DNA of 64,000 nucleotides from Fluviicola sp. (GTDB lineage: Bacteria; Bacteroidota; Bacteroidia; Flavobacteriales_D; Crocinitomicaceae): assembly GCA_002733985.1 (NCBI GenBank), contig NVXP01000013.1, positions 4,310 through 68,309 of the forward strand, in the 5' to 3' direction. Positions 19,746-29,160 of this stretch are shown here, piece by piece (within the stretch, counting starts at the first letter, position 1; every line of letters begins with the position of its first letter). The notes under the pieces are model-generated. The model saw only the letters and a program-made list of their open reading frames with translations. It ran no database searches and was not told where the DNA came from. The translations under genes were made by a program, and so were the position numbers.

Positions 19746-19767
19746 AAGGTCTTGATGCTTACGCATC
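19746..19767 (-). repeat. Short copy of the dispersed palindromic element between yceD and rpmF
   Basis: The plus strand reads AAGGTCTT-GATGC-ttac-GCATC. It starts 2 nt after the yceD-like stop codon. Confidence 0.7.
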
Positions 19768-19769
19768 GT

Positions 19770-20429
19770 TTATTTCTTATTTAAGTTTCTCAATGCTTCC
19801 CAACGTGGATCGACTGGTCCGTCGTTTGGTTGTTCGTCATCATCTTCTTCTATTTCTTCTAAGTCTTGATGCTTTGCATCGGCTTCTTCGTCTTCTTCAT
19901 CAAAGTCGTCGAAATCATCATCTTCGTCCTCATCTTCATCAAAATCGTCCTCGTCTTCATCGAGAGGATTGACAATGTACTCATCTAGGTAATCGAGCAT
20001 TTCTTCATTGCATTCTCCCTCATCGTGAACCGATCTAGAAGGCAGCAATACGTTCATGAACTCTAGAAGTGAATTTTTAATGTTCAGTTCAAATTCTTCT
20101 GGGAAGATTACAACGATGGATTCATCTTCTTCATCCTCCGTTGCAAATTTGTAAACCAACTTAAATTCACCCTCTATGGAAATTTCAATTGAATCGTTAC
20201 AACGACCACAGGCCATTTCTACTTGACCTTTCAACTGAAACTCACCAACCATCATGGTATCTTTCTTATCCAACACAAAGTTGATGTGTACATCTCCTTT
20301 TTGGATAATTGAGTATTCAAATGTTTCAAAGAACGCATCAGTGATGTCGAACGTAAATTCGTGTCTCCCTTGTTTCAATCCAACAAAAGGAATAATGAAC
20401 TGTTTATCGTCCGGTTTTACCACTGACAT
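19770..20429 (-). CDS. DUF177 (YceD-like) protein with a long poly-acidic C-terminal extension
   Basis: CGRCNDS zinc-ribbon-like motif. Position directly upstream of rpmF is the classic yceD-rpmF arrangement. The tail reads DEDEDDFDEDEDEDDDFDDFDEEDEE... Confidence 0.8.
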   Translation of the reverse strand: MSVVKPDDKQFIIPFVGLKQGRHEFTFDITDAFFETFEYSIIQKGDVHINFVLDKKDTMMVGEFQLKGQVEMACGRCNDSIEISIEGEFKLVYKFATEDEEDESIVVIFPEEFELNIKNSLLEFMNVLLPSRSVHDEGECNEEMLDYLDEYIVNPLDEDEDDFDEDEDEDDDFDDFDEEDEEADAKHQDLEEIEEDDDEQPNDGPVDPRWEALRNLNKK

Positions 20430-20572
20430 ATTATATTAATTCCCGTTTCATTCAATTTCTATTCATCTCCTATTCCCGTTGGAATTCGGTACAAAAATAG
20501 CCCTTCTGAACTGAGACGGGGCGGCAAAGTTAAGTAATTAAACCGAAAGATGTTAATATCTTTCAATGAATT

Positions 20573-21682
20573 TTAGTTATCATTTCTCTTTGTGTCTCTT
20601 CCTCTTCTTTCTCTTGGCTGTGACACAAGTACATTTGTTGTAATTTCCTTTTCAAACAGGTGCTTTCGAAACACATCGATCGCAAGATAAATCGCCTGAC
20701 GCATTGAGTCACCCGATGCCGTATTCTTCCCAGCAATATCAAATGCAGTCCCGTGATCCGGTGAAGTTCGGATGATCGGAAGCCCTGCCGTGAAATTTAC
20801 ACCTTCATCAAATGCCAAGGCTTTGAACGCTGCCAATCCTTGATCGTGATACATTGCTAATACACCATCGTATTTCCCTTTTGAAGACGATCCGAAAAAT
20901 CCATCTGCTGGAAACGGACCATATGCAAAAATCCCGTCATTTTGTGCGCGGCCAATCGCTGGAACAATTGCTTCTTTCTCTTCAGTTCCCATTTTCCCAT
21001 TCTCTCCTGCATGAGGATTTAATCCAAATACAGCAATTTTAGGACGTTGGATTCCAAAATCTTTTTTCAAACTGGCATTGAATGCACTGATCTTGGCTAG
21101 TACTTTATCTGCCGTTACTGTTGTGCTCACATCTTTCAATGCGATATGTGAAGTAACCAAGCCAATTTTCATCGTAGATGAAATCATGAGCATTAGCGCT
21201 TCATCTTGTCCAGCCATATCGGCCAAATATTCTGTATGTCCAGGGAATTGAAAACCTGTCTTAGCCATCGCTTCTTTCGAAATAGGCGCAGTAACTAAAA
21301 CATCTATCTTACCAGCTGCTAAATCACTTGTGGCTGCTTCTAAGGAAAGAAATGCATACTTCCCACCTGTTTCATTCGTTTCGCCAAATTTCACTTCAAC
21401 GTCTTCGTCCCAAACATCAATTATGTTAATTTTTTTTCTGCGTGCTGACTCGGCATCTTTAACTACAGTATAGTTGAAGTTATTCATGCGTAGTTGCTTC
21501 TTATGCGTCGAAAACAACTTTTGAGACCCATAGATTATCGGTGTGCAATCATTTAGCATTCGGGCATCTTCAAGTGCCTTCATTGTCACTTCAATCCCGA
21601 TTCCATTTACATCACCAATGGATATTCCAATACGCACGTCTCCGCGAGAAGTCCGCTCTTTCTTTTGATCTTTCTTCTCCAT
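20573..21682 (-). CDS. pdxA: 4-hydroxythreonine-4-phosphate dehydrogenase
   Basis: Motifs FPGHTEYL, GLNPHAGENG and SPDHGTAFDIAG. The start shares 1 nt with the pepA stop. Confidence 0.9.
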   Translation of the reverse strand: MEKKDQKKERTSRGDVRIGISIGDVNGIGIEVTMKALEDARMLNDCTPIIYGSQKLFSTHKKQLRMNNFNYTVVKDAESARRKKINIIDVWDEDVEVKFGETNETGGKYAFLSLEAATSDLAAGKIDVLVTAPISKEAMAKTGFQFPGHTEYLADMAGQDEALMLMISSTMKIGLVTSHIALKDVSTTVTADKVLAKISAFNASLKKDFGIQRPKIAVFGLNPHAGENGKMGTEEKEAIVPAIGRAQNDGIFAYGPFPADGFFGSSSKGKYDGVLAMYHDQGLAAFKALAFDEGVNFTAGLPIIRTSPDHGTAFDIAGKNTASGDSMRQAIYLAIDVFRKHLFEKEITTNVLVSQPRERRGRDTKRNDN

Positions 21683-23076
21683 TAAGATTTGTAATTTTTG
21701 AGGAAGCTATACAATAATCTAACTCCAACTCCTGTCCCTCCTTTTGGTCTATACGCATCTGTTGCGCTTAGGAAAGCAGGTCCGGCAAGATCAATGTGAA
21801 TGTATGGTGCTTCAACAAAATGCTCTAAGAACTTTCCTGCAGTAATCATTCCCGCAGTTGGTCCTCCAACATTTTTTAGATCCGCGATTGGCGATTTCAC
21901 TTCTTCGTAGTATTCATCCCAGAATGGAAATCTCACTGTTCGTTCATGTACTTCATCTCCAGCTTCACTAAGCTGATCGAAATACGTTTCATCCGCATTC
22001 CCCATTACGACACTGCCGTGAGCACCAATTGCTCGAACAGCGGCCCCAGTTAATGTAGCGGCATCAATGACTAATTCCGGATCGTATTTTTTCGAGTATG
22101 ACAATGCATCTGCAAGAATCATTCTTCCTTCTGCGTCTGTGTTCATCACTTCGACTGTTGTTCCATCATACATGGTTACAACATCACCTGGTGCATAAGC
22201 ATTCAATCCTGGACGGTTATCCGTTGCAGGGATCAATGCGATAATGTGTAAAGGCAATTCTTGAAGAGCCGCTAAGTAAATCGCACCTGCCATGCAAGCC
22301 GCTCCACCCATATCGCTTTTCATCAAATCCATTGAATTTGGTGTCGGCTTCAAGCTCAATCCACCAGTATCATATACGACGCCTTTTCCAACCAAAACGA
22401 TTGGTTTTTTGTTGGTGTAATCTTTTCCTTTGTATTCAATTATTGTAAATGTTGCTGGATCAATTGAACCTTGGTTCACTGCAAGCAGTCCACCCATTTT
22501 TAGCGATTCAATCTGCGTTTGCTCCAGTACATTTACCGTAAGGTCTGTATCTTCTCCTAATTCAACAATTTCTGCTGCTAGTTGTTCCGCATTAAGATAA
22601 GAAACAGGTTCATTCACCATATCTCTCGCCCAAAAAACGGCCGCAGTAATATTGATCAATTCCAGTACTTTCTCGTCTCCAAATCGTTCATCGACAACGA
22701 TGTTTTCAAGCAAGAATGTTTTCTCGTCCCTGTCTTTGAAGTAACCTATAAACTGGTAACTCGCCAATAGGAACCCTTCTAAAAATGCAAAAACAGCATC
22801 AGGACTTCCTGCCACAGCAATTTCCATTACTTTCCGATCCAATCGAGAACGAAATGCAGCACCGTGCTTTCGCATCTTTTCTGCATTATCCGATTCTTTG
22901 ACAAACATTTCAAGAGATTCCATCCCTTCAATGAACTGCGTATCTTTATCTAGTTCAAGGAAATTATACACTGATTCTGCCCTTTCACTTGAAATTCCAT
23001 ACATTTCCGATTGCGCATCTGTGATGTATACGCGGTGACTACACATTGATTGATCTTCGCTTTTCTGTACCTGCAT
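21682..23076 (-). CDS. pepA: Leucyl aminopeptidase (peptidase M17)
   Basis: M17 signature NTDAEGRMILADAL and VGKGVVYDTGGLSLKP. The start is uncertain: ATG at 23076 or the ORF-track start at 23112. Confidence 0.88.
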   Translation of the reverse strand: MQVQKSEDQSMCSHRVYITDAQSEMYGISSERAESVYNFLELDKDTQFIEGMESLEMFVKESDNAEKMRKHGAAFRSRLDRKVMEIAVAGSPDAVFAFLEGFLLASYQFIGYFKDRDEKTFLLENIVVDERFGDEKVLELINITAAVFWARDMVNEPVSYLNAEQLAAEIVELGEDTDLTVNVLEQTQIESLKMGGLLAVNQGSIDPATFTIIEYKGKDYTNKKPIVLVGKGVVYDTGGLSLKPTPNSMDLMKSDMGGAACMAGAIYLAALQELPLHIIALIPATDNRPGLNAYAPGDVVTMYDGTTVEVMNTDAEGRMILADALSYSKKYDPELVIDAATLTGAAVRAIGAHGSVVMGNADETYFDQLSEAGDEVHERTVRFPFWDEYYEEVKSPIADLKNVGGPTAGMITAGKFLEHFVEAPYIHIDLAGPAFLSATDAYRPKGGTGVGVRLLYSFLKNYKS

Positions 23077-23243
23077 CTTTCTAGGTTTTGAGTTACAAAA
23101 ATAATCATCCAAACGGACTTAAGGAAGGATATTTCAATGCCTTTTAAAATGAGGCCTTTCATCTTAGCGAATATCGAATTTATAATTCGTCTGATTCATT
23201 TAAAAACAATAATTTCGTTGTTCTCCCAAAGATCAAGTAAGAT

Positions 23244-24467
23244 ATGCTCTCTTTTCTTAAGGCTCCAATACATCCAAACATAGATTTCTATGGAACGACT
23301 AAGCTTCGGTTGACGTGGAACATCTATCTCTTGCTGTTAATTTCTCTCATCCCATTAATCATCATATCAGTATTAACGCGTTCAGTTTACGTCTTCTATT
23401 ACAGTGCCAGTTTACTTCTAATTCTCATCTCTTTGCTTATCATTCGGCGAACTGGAAACTACCGTGTTGTCTCAGCTTTCCTCTGCTGTACACTTTATTC
23501 GATGATTTCATTGTCAATGTTCAGTATCGATAGTTACATTCACTATTTGGAGCCATTTTGGGCATTAGTAATTGTTCTTTATGTGTACTTTATTCACGGG
23601 GAAAAGTGGGGTGCGGTAGCCATTATTGCTACCACCATCTCAACGAGCCTCTTTTTTGTGATCACGTTAAATTCAACAATTGGGAATCTCAATGAGATGA
23701 CATTCTTTCAATCCTTGTCCATGGGGTTCGAATTAAGTATTTGTCTTTCATTAATCGGATACATCCTACATCAGTTCATTTTCTTGAAGAATCATGCAGA
23801 ACTTGAACTGCGAATGATGAATACTGCTTTGCGCAGGGAAAAAGACATTGTCGAGAGTCGCGATAAAGAAAAGACCATTTTACTGCAAGAAATCCACCAT
23901 CGTGTGAAGAATAACCTTCAGATTGTGATGAGTTTGTTGCGCATGCAATCGACAAAAATTGCTTCTCCGGAAGCGAAAGAACATTTTAATGATGCGATCA
24001 ACCGAGTTTTGACAATGTCCTTGATTCATCAAAAATTATACGAGAGTGAAAACTTATCGGCAGTCGATCTTTCTGAATACATCGAATCCTTGGCTTCAGA
24101 TGTTTTACGTAGCAATCAGATTCCTCGGGTAATTGATAAATCCTTTTCGATTGAAGTTCCTGAAATTGGGATGAAAACGATCGTACCAATTGCATTAATC
24201 ATTACTGAGCTCATCTCGAATTCAGTAAAACACGCCTTTGACAAAACGGAGCATCCTAAAATTAAACTTTCGGTTAGACTTATTGAAGATTCCAATGAAC
24301 TCGAATTGAAATATTCTGACAATGGAATATGGAAAGAATCCGACAAAGACACCTTTGGAACAGAGCTTATTGAGGCACTCACCGAGCAATTGGAAGGGAG
24401 TTATAGTTTAGATCTATGTGTTCAAAATGGATCCCTTTACACTTTCCGATTTAAACAACTCGACTAA
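23244..24467 (+). CDS. Membrane sensor histidine kinase (HisKA_2/HWE-like), no adjacent response regulator
   Basis: About 6 N-terminal TM helices, H-box EIHHRVKNNLQIVMSLLRMQ, and N-box ELISNSVKHAF. Confidence 0.8.
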   Translation: MLSFLKAPIHPNIDFYGTTKLRLTWNIYLLLLISLIPLIIISVLTRSVYVFYYSASLLLILISLLIIRRTGNYRVVSAFLCCTLYSMISLSMFSIDSYIHYLEPFWALVIVLYVYFIHGEKWGAVAIIATTISTSLFFVITLNSTIGNLNEMTFFQSLSMGFELSICLSLIGYILHQFIFLKNHAELELRMMNTALRREKDIVESRDKEKTILLQEIHHRVKNNLQIVMSLLRMQSTKIASPEAKEHFNDAINRVLTMSLIHQKLYESENLSAVDLSEYIESLASDVLRSNQIPRVIDKSFSIEVPEIGMKTIVPIALIITELISNSVKHAFDKTEHPKIKLSVRLIEDSNELELKYSDNGIWKESDKDTFGTELIEALTEQLEGSYSLDLCVQNGSLYTFRFKQLD

Positions 24468-24813
24468 TTTAGTTCCTAAATTCTTCCATTTCCATTACGA
24501 ATGAGTCATTAATCCCGACCAAGAGAAAAATTCAGTACTCTCTTAGAAAAATTTCATGTTAATTTTTTCATCACTCATTTCGAACTTATAGCTTTCTAAA
24601 TGTCTAAAAAACAGCAGACCAAAAGACGACGAAGCAGAACTGAAAGAGAGTCCCAACTGATCAACACTAAATCGATCGTGCCTAAAGTTCTTTTTATTTA
24701 TTAAATTCGATTTCAATAAAAGAATATACACTATTGCACAACACTGACGAAAATGCGCTTTAGTGTATCACCTAATTTTAATGGCTAAATAAACTAAAAC
24801 CTAATAACAATTC

Positions 24814-25170
24814 ATGAACGGACAAAACAATAGAAACCAACAAAATGTAAACTTACAAGGTTTCAATCAAAACCAGATCAATGAAAACCCTATGCCAGGA
24901 GCTATCTCTTGGAGAATCGAGGGAACATCAACAAGAAATGCAGGAGGACTAAGAATTCTTAGGTTTACAGACGGGTCACAAACAGTAAGGGTTCACACGC
25001 ATGATAATTTGAGTTATCCAACTGTACTAGATGATATACATGGAAATCGACTAAACGATTCAACTGAAAGATGGGATCCATACTTAGCGGATGCTGTTAA
25101 AAACTATTTAAGAATGGGAACAAGTGCACCTGTTACGCCTAGTGTGGCCGGGGCACCTACTAACTTCTGA
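24814..25170 (+). CDS. Hypothetical protein with a Q/N-rich N-terminus
   Basis: 118-aa ORF with no signal peptide and no recognisable motif. A strong hairpin follows it. Confidence 0.45.
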   Translation: MNGQNNRNQQNVNLQGFNQNQINENPMPGAISWRIEGTSTRNAGGLRILRFTDGSQTVRVHTHDNLSYPTVLDDIHGNRLNDSTERWDPYLADAVKNYLRMGTSAPVTPSVAGAPTNF

Positions 25171-25235
25171 TTTAGCTACCGCACGAGCTGCAGATTTACA
25201 AATCAATGCACGTACAAACGAACTATTTTAATTCT

Positions 25236-25263
25236 TATGGGCAGTATTCAAATACTGCCCATA
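25236..25263. terminator. Bidirectional terminator-like hairpin between convergent genes
   Basis: Perfect 12-bp arms TATGGGCAGTAT / ATACTGCCCATA with loop TCAA. A second small hairpin AAACGAA-ctct-TTCGTTTT follows at 25263-25281. Confidence 0.65.
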
Positions 25264-25350
25264 AACGAACTCTTTCGTTTTAATGGATTAGACCTAAAGA
25301 GCATCAATTGCAAGGATCTTTTTCCTAATTAACCCCACTAGTCGAAATAA

Positions 25351-28300
25351 TCAATTATCACTTTTACTCTCCTCAATTTCCATCACACGATTCATGTCTA
25401 CATCGTAGTACTGCGTGTTCATTAGTTTACCCATCATGTAATTGATGATAGTGATATCCAATAAATTCTCTTGGTACTTCTGTTGCTTTTCAAGGTCTGG
25501 AAGATTCGGGTTCATGCAAATTTCACCTAAATATTTCTTCTTCGCTAAATCACCTTCAAGCCATCGTCCGTTTCGTTTACCGAGCATATAATTACCCATT
25601 TTATTCAATTTCCCAAAGGGATCATAGAATTTCCAAAGTCTATCAGGGATACCATTTTTCATGTTTCCTTCCGATTGAATCGTTCCGTTGTCGTAAAAAT
25701 TATAGACGTAGCCATTCATTCGTCCTGTGCTGTCATTTTCTTCATCAATGGTCAAAAGCTGACGTGTTTCATAGTGATCAGTGTGTGCACAATCGTATTT
25801 TTCGAACTTCTCAATAATGTATGCGCTGTACAGTCGATTTCCGGCATCGTCGTAATCAGTCAAGATCCCTTTCGACTTGAACTTAATTGAATCATTTAAA
25901 ACAATTACTGAATCAAAGTAGTTCGCTTCGTAGAGAAAGTTACCGTTATATCCGTAGAACTTCCAAAGACCAACCTTTTGTTTATTCTTCAATTTTCCAT
26001 CACGAGCGATTGTATCATTCGGATAGTATTTTGTCATTTGGCACTCAATATCTCCTTTTGAGATCAAGCTTGTGCGACCGTAATATCTATCCTCAATTGA
26101 ATACGTATTGTACCCTTCTTTCGCCAAAAGTGCATCTAAACTCTGAGTTGAAGTGATATCATCCGCGTAGAAATCAATGGAATCTTCCCATTTGAATTGG
26201 TAACGAATACTTAAGGCGTTTTCCTCCCAGATTTTCTCTTCTATTGGCATCCCGTATTGGAACTTCACATAGTGATATTTGAACCCTAAGGTGTCGTATG
26301 ATTCATAATCTTCTATTGGTTCTCCATCGAGAAAGAATCCGCGTTTGGCTAATCTACCGTTTGTATGATATGACCTCGACTCACCATTCAACAATCCATG
26401 CTGTAAGTTAATGTCGTATAAAAGAATAGAATCTCGTTTTGGGAATGTCAGATATGTTCTCAAATAACCATCGAGATATCCATTTTTGAAAGTAGCTTCG
26501 GTGTGTGCTTCAGAATCACGTGAAATCATTCGTCCGTCCATCACACCATTTTTAAACTCACCAATCGTAAGATCTCGACCTAGCCAATCGTATTCAGCCG
26601 AAATTCCATCACGTTGCCCATTTTTAAACTGTATAACCTGCTGTAAATAACGCGTGCGATGCTTTGGGAAGGTGTCCAAATTAGAGTACGGTTCGAAATA
26701 ATAATCGTAATACCGTTTTGGTTCTTTGTCTTGATAATTATACAAGCGAAGTTCACCGTCTGCTTCACCTTTGTTGAAGTTGAGCGTGCTTACCACTTTC
26801 CCTCTTCGGCTGTAGGCTGTCCAAATACCATGCGGTTTACCATCCAAGAAATGCCCTTCAACTGACTTCACTCCAAGATTTGAACTGAATGCGGAATAGG
26901 TCATGTATTTATTGTAGTCGTACAGTAAGCTTGAAAAATATTGGACGAAATCATCTTGCACTTGTGCACTTGCGTTCATCACACCAACGTCGTTCGTCAA
27001 TGACTTCAACATGTGCCTTTTCTGTTTCCTCTTATGGGCGCGGTAAAACTTGCGGTATCCTCTAAAACCCGTTGAAACGAAAACTTGGACTTTGTTCGAT
27101 TTCAACTTTACTTTAGCCAGTCCGGAACTGTATTTATATTCAAACTTGCCTGTGTAAAGCTCTTCATTGTCGTAGAGATAAGTATCTGATGTTACATCGT
27201 AGATGTTATAGGCACTGTTAACACTTTGGTGTTGCATTGTATCCACCTCATCAAGATCCATTCTAACTCCAGACCAAGAACCTTTCAGTACGAGATCATT
27301 GTAACTCGACTCTTTTGTTCCTATCCATCCAGAAAAATCTTCTGTGAAGATCCTAACTTCTCTTGAATGTATATCCCCGAAGCAATTGTACTTCTCTGAA
27401 ACGTATTCATGCGAAATAGGATCGTATTCAATATTGGTCTGGATTGTCGTATCAGAAAAAGACCATGTTCTGGACAAAATGACTTTATTTGCTAGCTCTT
27501 TTGATGCTAAGGTATCCTGCTTATTATAGAAAAAACCTGTCGACTCTGTACCCAAATAATGTCCAATAAAGTAATTGTTCTTCTGGGCGAAAAGGCCATC
27601 AATCATCACATTCAAACTCTCCTCTGGTTCATCATTGGCATATTCAATGAACGCACCCAATGAATCATAAATCAGGATATCGTAGAGTAGTCCATCTCGA
27701 GCATACAAACTTCGGTAGTATTTATTCGAGTCTGGTTGGAAAACGATTACATCCAAAGGGTTTCCGTTGTCCCAAAAGAGTGTGTCCTCGCTGAGGAGTT
27801 CCCCATTTTTGAATTCATATCGAAAGAACAGCTGCCCGTTCATGTAATATTGTTCGTAGATACCATCGAATTTCATGCGCGCTCCGAGACTATCCATCAG
27901 GAACCAACGAGGGTATATTAGCCCAGAAACTGGATCATACTCTACCTCATCTTGGGAAGCTCTATCAAAGCGATAACCACTATTGAGCTCATCGTACTGG
28001 TTGTAAGATCTTGCATCTGTTAGATCAAAGGATTTCTCGTTCTCACCTTCTAATTCGAGTTCTTCCTTGAAGGATTCAAAATGAATTTCATAAAATCCTG
28101 TTGGAAAATCCGGCATTGATGCTTCGCGACAACTTATATCATACGGGATTGATTTTTTTCCTTCTAGGTAATAATATTCTCTTGGATCTTCCATTGAACC
28201 TCCTCTCAGTATTGGCTTTTTAGAAAGGAGCGTGTCATTGCGATTCGCAATTTGCAACTTGAGCGTCACTTGAGAATTGGTCATGTATTTCCATTCTCCC

Positions 28301-29142
28301 GAAGCTTCTCCCAATTTAAATTCTCCAACTATTTGTTGCCAATCATTGCGCCCATTGTATCTGTATGGCCCATCATTTAGTCCCTTTTCGAAGGTTGAAT
28401 AACCGGTTGAATAATAGTGGTAGATCGAACCACCTTTTCTCAGTTGTTTTCTGTCATCTCCGCGAATAGAATACCAAAGGTCATTTGGGTATTTAATTTC
28501 CCACTCCCCTTCTTTTAATCCATTGACAAAATTTCCTTTTTTGAGCGTGTCGCCTTTGAAATTGAGCCACACTGCATGGCCATCAATCGCGTTATTCTTT
28601 ATGGTGAAATACCCCGCAATTTGATAAGCACCTGGTTGGCACATTCCATTTTCGTCAACCAAACAAAAATCCTTAAAAAGCTGAACATATTTCCCATCTG
28701 GAATGGCTCCAAATGGAGGAAGAACATCTTTATCGTGATTGTAGCTGACTTCAATTAGTTCTCCTGGAGTTTTTCGAATTGTTTCAGTTGCGGATTTGCC
28801 ATATTTCCTTCCCTTCTTAAGTCGTTTCCAACGATGCTTGAGTTTTTTTTGGAGATCTTCTTTTCTCTTTTTTGTTTTGGCCGTTTGAAACTTCTCTCTA
28901 CTAAATAGAAAATCGCCTGTGAACAGGTTAAAATAATTGTTGTAATCAGCAAAAAATGCTTCATCTTCAACGACTTTCCAATAATCGCGGTGGATTTCAA
29001 CATCCTTTCGAAATGGATAGACATAGTATTGTTCGCCCTTATGCTGGATCGAATCTACTGACTGCGCATTGACGGAAAACAAACCTCCTATAAAGAAAAA
29101 GAGCACGATCCATTTTCTATTCTTGACCATTTGGTACTTCAT
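25351..29142 (-). CDS. Giant secreted MORN-variant (YwqK-like) repeat protein, paralogue 1
   Basis: Signal peptide WIVLFFFIGGLFSVNAQS. Many G-x-W-x-x-Y-x-NG type repeats (NGLKEGEWEIKYP, DGKPHGIWTAY, KNGIPDRLWKFYDPFGKL, GKRNGRWLEG). Long collinear similarity to the upstream ORF. ATG at 29142; the ORF-track start at 29160 is GTG. Confidence 0.75.
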   Translation of the reverse strand: MKYQMVKNRKWIVLFFFIGGLFSVNAQSVDSIQHKGEQYYVYPFRKDVEIHRDYWKVVEDEAFFADYNNYFNLFTGDFLFSREKFQTAKTKKRKEDLQKKLKHRWKRLKKGRKYGKSATETIRKTPGELIEVSYNHDKDVLPPFGAIPDGKYVQLFKDFCLVDENGMCQPGAYQIAGYFTIKNNAIDGHAVWLNFKGDTLKKGNFVNGLKEGEWEIKYPNDLWYSIRGDDRKQLRKGGSIYHYYSTGYSTFEKGLNDGPYRYNGRNDWQQIVGEFKLGEASGEWKYMTNSQVTLKLQIANRNDTLLSKKPILRGGSMEDPREYYYLEGKKSIPYDISCREASMPDFPTGFYEIHFESFKEELELEGENEKSFDLTDARSYNQYDELNSGYRFDRASQDEVEYDPVSGLIYPRWFLMDSLGARMKFDGIYEQYYMNGQLFFRYEFKNGELLSEDTLFWDNGNPLDVIVFQPDSNKYYRSLYARDGLLYDILIYDSLGAFIEYANDEPEESLNVMIDGLFAQKNNYFIGHYLGTESTGFFYNKQDTLASKELANKVILSRTWSFSDTTIQTNIEYDPISHEYVSEKYNCFGDIHSREVRIFTEDFSGWIGTKESSYNDLVLKGSWSGVRMDLDEVDTMQHQSVNSAYNIYDVTSDTYLYDNEELYTGKFEYKYSSGLAKVKLKSNKVQVFVSTGFRGYRKFYRAHKRKQKRHMLKSLTNDVGVMNASAQVQDDFVQYFSSLLYDYNKYMTYSAFSSNLGVKSVEGHFLDGKPHGIWTAYSRRGKVVSTLNFNKGEADGELRLYNYQDKEPKRYYDYYFEPYSNLDTFPKHRTRYLQQVIQFKNGQRDGISAEYDWLGRDLTIGEFKNGVMDGRMISRDSEAHTEATFKNGYLDGYLRTYLTFPKRDSILLYDINLQHGLLNGESRSYHTNGRLAKRGFFLDGEPIEDYESYDTLGFKYHYVKFQYGMPIEEKIWEENALSIRYQFKWEDSIDFYADDITSTQSLDALLAKEGYNTYSIEDRYYGRTSLISKGDIECQMTKYYPNDTIARDGKLKNKQKVGLWKFYGYNGNFLYEANYFDSVIVLNDSIKFKSKGILTDYDDAGNRLYSAYIIEKFEKYDCAHTDHYETRQLLTIDEENDSTGRMNGYVYNFYDNGTIQSEGNMKNGIPDRLWKFYDPFGKLNKMGNYMLGKRNGRWLEGDLAKKKYLGEICMNPNLPDLEKQQKYQENLLDITIINYMMGKLMNTQYYDVDMNRVMEIEESKSDN

Positions 29143-29160
29143 CCTCCTATTTTTTTTCAC

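Noticed and set aside
19730-19972. 80-aa plus-strand ORF rich in His/Leu/Arg
   Set aside because: It lies antisense to the GA-rich poly-acidic tail of the DUF177 gene. This is a low-complexity artefact with no independent signals.
24543-24731. 62-aa minus-strand ORF in the kinase / Q-N-rich protein spacer
   Set aside because: It has low-complexity Ser/Phe/Leu composition, no start context and no partner signals, so it is probably non-coding.
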